NCBI GenBank assembly: GCA_963818385.1
Contig: CAWFRU010000004.1
Coordinates: 513,911 to 577,910, forward strand
DNA length: 64,000 nt
Direction: 5' to 3'
Source of the DNA: an uncultured Phycisphaerales bacterium
Lineage (GTDB): Bacteria; Planctomycetota; Phycisphaerae; Tepidisphaerales; Tepidisphaeraceae
In this document: positions 60,871 through 64,000 of the stretch, in pieces
Layout of the letters: each line of letters begins with the position of its first letter
How positions within the stretch are numbered: position 1 is the first letter of the stretch
The notes under the pieces: generated by a model
What the model saw: the letters and a program-made list of their open reading frames with translations, nothing else
Databases searched by the model: none
Told to the model about the DNA's origin: nothing
Made by a program: the position numbers and the translations under genes

Positions 60871-61991
60871 TCAAGGTTTGGAGCGTGGGGTGGGGGTGGC
60901 GAGTTTGGGGATGGTTTCACCGACGCCTTTTGCGCCGATGCCGCGGACGGCCATTTCCAGGGCTTCGCGGTTGGTGGCGTGGCGGATGGCTTCGCTGTGG
61001 GTAATCAGCTCCTGCTTGAAAAGCTGGAGGAGGTTCTGGTCGAAGGTTTGCTGGCCGTCGCCGGCGGTTTTCATGTAGTCGCTGAGTTCGAGGGCTCGGC
61101 CCTCGAGAATGTATTTTTGAGGAACGGGGCCACCGCGGAGAATCTCAGTCGCGGGGCGGCGCTTGCCGTCGCGGGCGGCGACGAGGCGCTGGGAGATGAT
61201 GGCCTCGAGATTGCCCGCAAGCTGGGTGAGGAGGAGCTTGTGCTCGGACGGGGGGAACATCGCGATAATGCGTTCGATGGTCTGCGGGGCGCTGGCGGAG
61301 TGAACGGTGGAGAAGACCTGGTGGCCGGTGTCGGCAGCGCGAAGGGCGATGCGCAGGGTGTCCATGTCGCGAAGCTCGCCGACGAGAACGACGTCGGGGT
61401 CCTGCGCAGGGATTGGCGAAGGGCCTGCTCGAAGCTCGGCGTGTCCATGCCGACTTCAAGCTGGGCGATCAGTGAGAGCTTGGGCGTGTGGAGGTATTCG
61501 ACGGGATCTTCGATGCTGATGATCTTGCTGGCCCGGGTGCTGTTGATGAGCTCGATCATCGAGGCAAGGGTGGTGGATTTTCCCGAGCCGGTGGTGCCCG
61601 TCACAAGGGTGAGTCCGCGTCCGGAAAGGGCGATGTCGTTGACGACGGGGGGAAGATGGAGTTCGGGAATGGAGGGGATTTTGGATTTGATGAGGCGCAT
61701 GGTCATGCCGGGGCTGCCGAGGACGCGATAGCCGGAGCATCGGAAGCGACAGAGGCCGGGGGCGGCGTAGGAAAAGTCAAGGCCGACGGTGAGGCGTTCG
61801 TCGATTTTGTCGCGCACCTGCGCGGGGGCGATGGTGGCGATAAAGTTACGGATGTCGTCGTCGGTCATGACCGGTTGATCGACGGTGTGGAGGGTTCCCT
61901 GGATGCGGAGCTTTGGGGCAAGGCCCGCCTGGAGGTGGATGTCCGATGCGTCGCGATCGGCGGCGAAGTGCATCAGCATTTGGAAGTCCAT
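60871..61991 (-). CDS. pilT: type IV pilus twitching-motility ATPase PilT, one frameshift near 61405
   Basis: ASDIHL, GLTLVTGTTGSGKSTTLA (Walker A), and IISIEDPVEY. After ..ALRQSLR the sequence (Q)DPDVVLVGELRDMDT..TGHQVFSTVHS continues in ORF 60871..61365. Confidence 0.88.
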
Positions 61992-62084
61992 GTGCGGGGT
62001 AGTTTACGTTGCCGGGGCGTGGGATCGCAACAAAATCCCGTGTTGTTGCAACGGGACGGGAGGGACTGTACACAGACCGGCGAT

Positions 62085-62987
62085 ATGAACACACGCATTC
62101 GCAAAGCGGTTATCCCCGCGGCTGGTCTGGGCACCCGGCATTTTCCCGCGTCGCACGCGGTGAAGAAGGAGCTGTTTCCGATCGTGGGGCGGGATGGGAT
62201 CGCCCGGGCGCTGATCCACTATCACCTGATCGAACTGCTGGCGGCGGGAATGGAGGAGGTTTGCATTATCGTGCAGCCGGGGGACGACAAGGCGATACGG
62301 GATTACTTCGCGGGACCGGACGCGGAGTATTTGAAGCGGCTGGAGAAATATCCGGCGCTGGCGGCGGAGGCGCGGGAGATGCGGGGGATGAATGAGCGGA
62401 TTTCGTTTGCGGTTCAGCATGAACAGGAGGGGTATGGACATGCCGTGTATCAGACCAGATCGTTCGCGGGGGATGAGATGGTGCTGCTGTGTCTGGGGGA
62501 TCATTTGTTTCGAGGGGAGCCAAGGTCGCCTTACCGGCGGCTGGTGAAGGCGGCGCCGCTGTGCGGGGGGAAGAGCGTTTCGGCGGTGAATCGGATCGGG
62601 CCGAGGGAATTGAAAGGGTTTGGAACGATCGCGGGGAGGCGGCGGAGGGAGAATCCTGGGCTGATTGATGTGAGCCTGATTATTGAGAAGCCGGATGTGG
62701 CGACGGCTCGGGAGAAGCTGCGGGTGGATGGTCTTGAAGAGAATGTTTTTTTGGGGTGGTTTGGGATGCACGCGCTGGCGCCTTCGATCTATGTGGTGCT
62801 GGAGGAGATGATCCGGGGTGAGGTGCGAGATAACGGGGAGTTTCAGCTTACGCGGGCGCAGGAGATTCAGAGACAGCGGCAGGGGTATGTGGCGATGGAA
62901 GTGAGCGATTGCGAGCGGTTTGATTTTGGAATTCCGGATGATTTTGTGCATAGTTTGAATGCGTTCAGGTCAAATGCAGGCGGTTAA
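62085..62987 (+). CDS. galU: UTP--glucose-1-phosphate uridylyltransferase-like sugar nucleotidyltransferase
   Basis: Starts at MNTRIRKAVIPAAGLGTRHFPASHAVKKELFPIV (ATG 62085), the GalU N-terminal signature. The ORF-track start at 61488 is antisense overlap with pilT. Confidence 0.7.
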   Translation: MNTRIRKAVIPAAGLGTRHFPASHAVKKELFPIVGRDGIARALIHYHLIELLAAGMEEVCIIVQPGDDKAIRDYFAGPDAEYLKRLEKYPALAAEAREMRGMNERISFAVQHEQEGYGHAVYQTRSFAGDEMVLLCLGDHLFRGEPRSPYRRLVKAAPLCGGKSVSAVNRIGPRELKGFGTIAGRRRRENPGLIDVSLIIEKPDVATAREKLRVDGLEENVFLGWFGMHALAPSIYVVLEEMIRGEVRDNGEFQLTRAQEIQRQRQGYVAMEVSDCERFDFGIPDDFVHSLNAFRSNAGG

Positions 62988-63240
62988 AGGCGCGAGTTGA
63001 CAGAGCGGACGGCAACCGATTTCTGTAGCGGGGCACCATTTAAGACAATTATCTGCAATAACTTATAGTCAATAAGGCGGCTTGGGCTCATTTTTTGGTT
63101 GACTTTCCGACAAAGAAGATTAAATTTGCGACATTGCAGCAAACGGTTGCTGTAGGCGGTCTTAAGTGCGGTTGGATCGCTGGAGAACAAATCTTGGGGT
63201 TCCGAACCCCGCCGGCAGGCAAATTCGGAGGAGGTCAGAA

Positions 63241-64000
63241 ATGTTTGGAGAATTGCGGTCTTCCATATCCATTTTCCCACGGATTACGCGGCGCTCGACG
63301 AGAGTGCTGGGCGTGTGCGCGGGGTTGTGCCTGGGGGTTTCGTCATTCGCCGGTGCAGCAACTTTGTTTACCACGACAGGCGATTTTACTGGGTGGGGCA
63401 ACGACGTCGGGGGAGTTTCCAACACTCCGACTACTGCCTGGGATTTTGATGCAAGCACGACCAACGGCGCGGGAAACGGCACCAATCCCGGTGGGACGGG
63501 CACGGCGGGATCGCTGGCGATCAGCGGACCGGCGGTGGGTTACGGGAACATCGTCGACATTGGGGAAAGCACCAATTCGGCATTTCTGAGTGTGCTCGAT
63601 CCGGGTTCGACCGCTGTGTCCTATCCGGGGCCGAGTTTTAACCAAGTCGACGGAACCACTACCGCTTATAGCGGAACACTTACACTCGCATATACGATTC
63701 CGACCAACGCCGGTGGAAGTTATTTCGAGGTGGGAATTGGTCTGAATTACGACGGGCATGGATACAATCCGTTTTTGCCAAGCAGCAACACTTTCACAAG
63801 CGTGGGTGGCCTGACTACGGCGGTAGCGACGATTCCGTACACGATTGGGGCCGGGTCACTCACATATTTTGATTTCCAACTCTGGAGCAACACGAATTAC
63901 GCTTCGCCGGGAACATTTTACGTGGACGATATTCAGGTTCCCGAACCCGCATCGCTGGGGAGTCTAGCGCCGGGCTCGCGTTGTTGGTATTGCGAAGGCG
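63241..64000 (+). CDS. PEP-CTERM-anchored secreted protein, 3' end at window edge, probable frameshift near 63965
   Basis: The frame is open from ATG 63241 to the window end and is not in the ORF track. Signal peptide ..VLGVCAGLCLGVSSFAGA. The C-terminus VPEPASLG is followed in the +2 frame by ..AGLALLVLRRR, the PEP-CTERM sorting signal. Confidence 0.7.
   Translation, partial: MFGELRSSISIFPRITRRSTRVLGVCAGLCLGVSSFAGAATLFTTTGDFTGWGNDVGGVSNTPTTAWDFDASTTNGAGNGTNPGGTGTAGSLAISGPAVGYGNIVDIGESTNSAFLSVLDPGSTAVSYPGPSFNQVDGTTTAYSGTLTLAYTIPTNAGGSYFEVGIGLNYDGHGYNPFLPSSNTFTSVGGLTTAVATIPYTIGAGSLTYFDFQLWSNTNYASPGTFYVDDIQVPEPASLGSLAPGSRCWYCEG

Noticed and set aside
62984-63280. 98-aa minus-strand ORF in the spacer before the PEP-CTERM gene.
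   Set aside because: It lies in an AT-richer spacer, has atypical composition, no RBS-like context and no family resemblance, and it overlaps the start of the PEP-CTERM gene.

Overview
A high-GC bacterial chromosomal fragment. Gene content and repeat vocabulary look like the PVC group (Planctomycetota/Verrucomicrobiota); that taxonomic call is inference only. I can support about 55 protein genes, one tRNA-Val(CAC), one intact IS5-family element and one REP-associated tyrosine transposase (RAYT). There are no rRNA genes and no CRISPR array.

Gene content:
- Positions 1-9600 hold an accessory-looking catabolic set: SDRs, an AstE-like protein, an M24 peptidase, an RraA-like protein, IclR, RidA, an MlrC-like M81 peptidase and an M29 aminopeptidase.
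- Positions 9800-63000 hold core genes: hrpB, three tandem TPR-GT41 glycosyltransferase modules, clpX, mdh, fbaB, lpxD, xylB, a Kdo-hydroxylase-like gene, dxr-rseP, an rdgC-like gene, an HtrA pair, sppA, pilT and a galU-like gene.

Three window-scale features stand out.
1. From about 9.6 kb to 63.0 kb, third-codon G/C content follows the DNA strand rather than gene orientation. Plus-strand genes use G-ending codons and minus-strand genes use C-ending codons. The flanks and the IS5 element are compositionally ordinary.
2. Almost every intergenic spacer inside that block is filled with short hairpin or tandem repeats of at least eight families. Every copy I found has the same orientation. Several sit inside coding regions or nested inside one another, and one family flanks the RAYT gene.
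3. About 30 genes are split by single-base frameshifts. Several are at homopolymers, so most are probably sequence errors. One ABC exporter operon carries roughly ten times that density and may be truly decayed.

All coordinates and frame joins were worked out by hand from the sequence and ORF track. Frameshift positions are approximate to about 15 nt.
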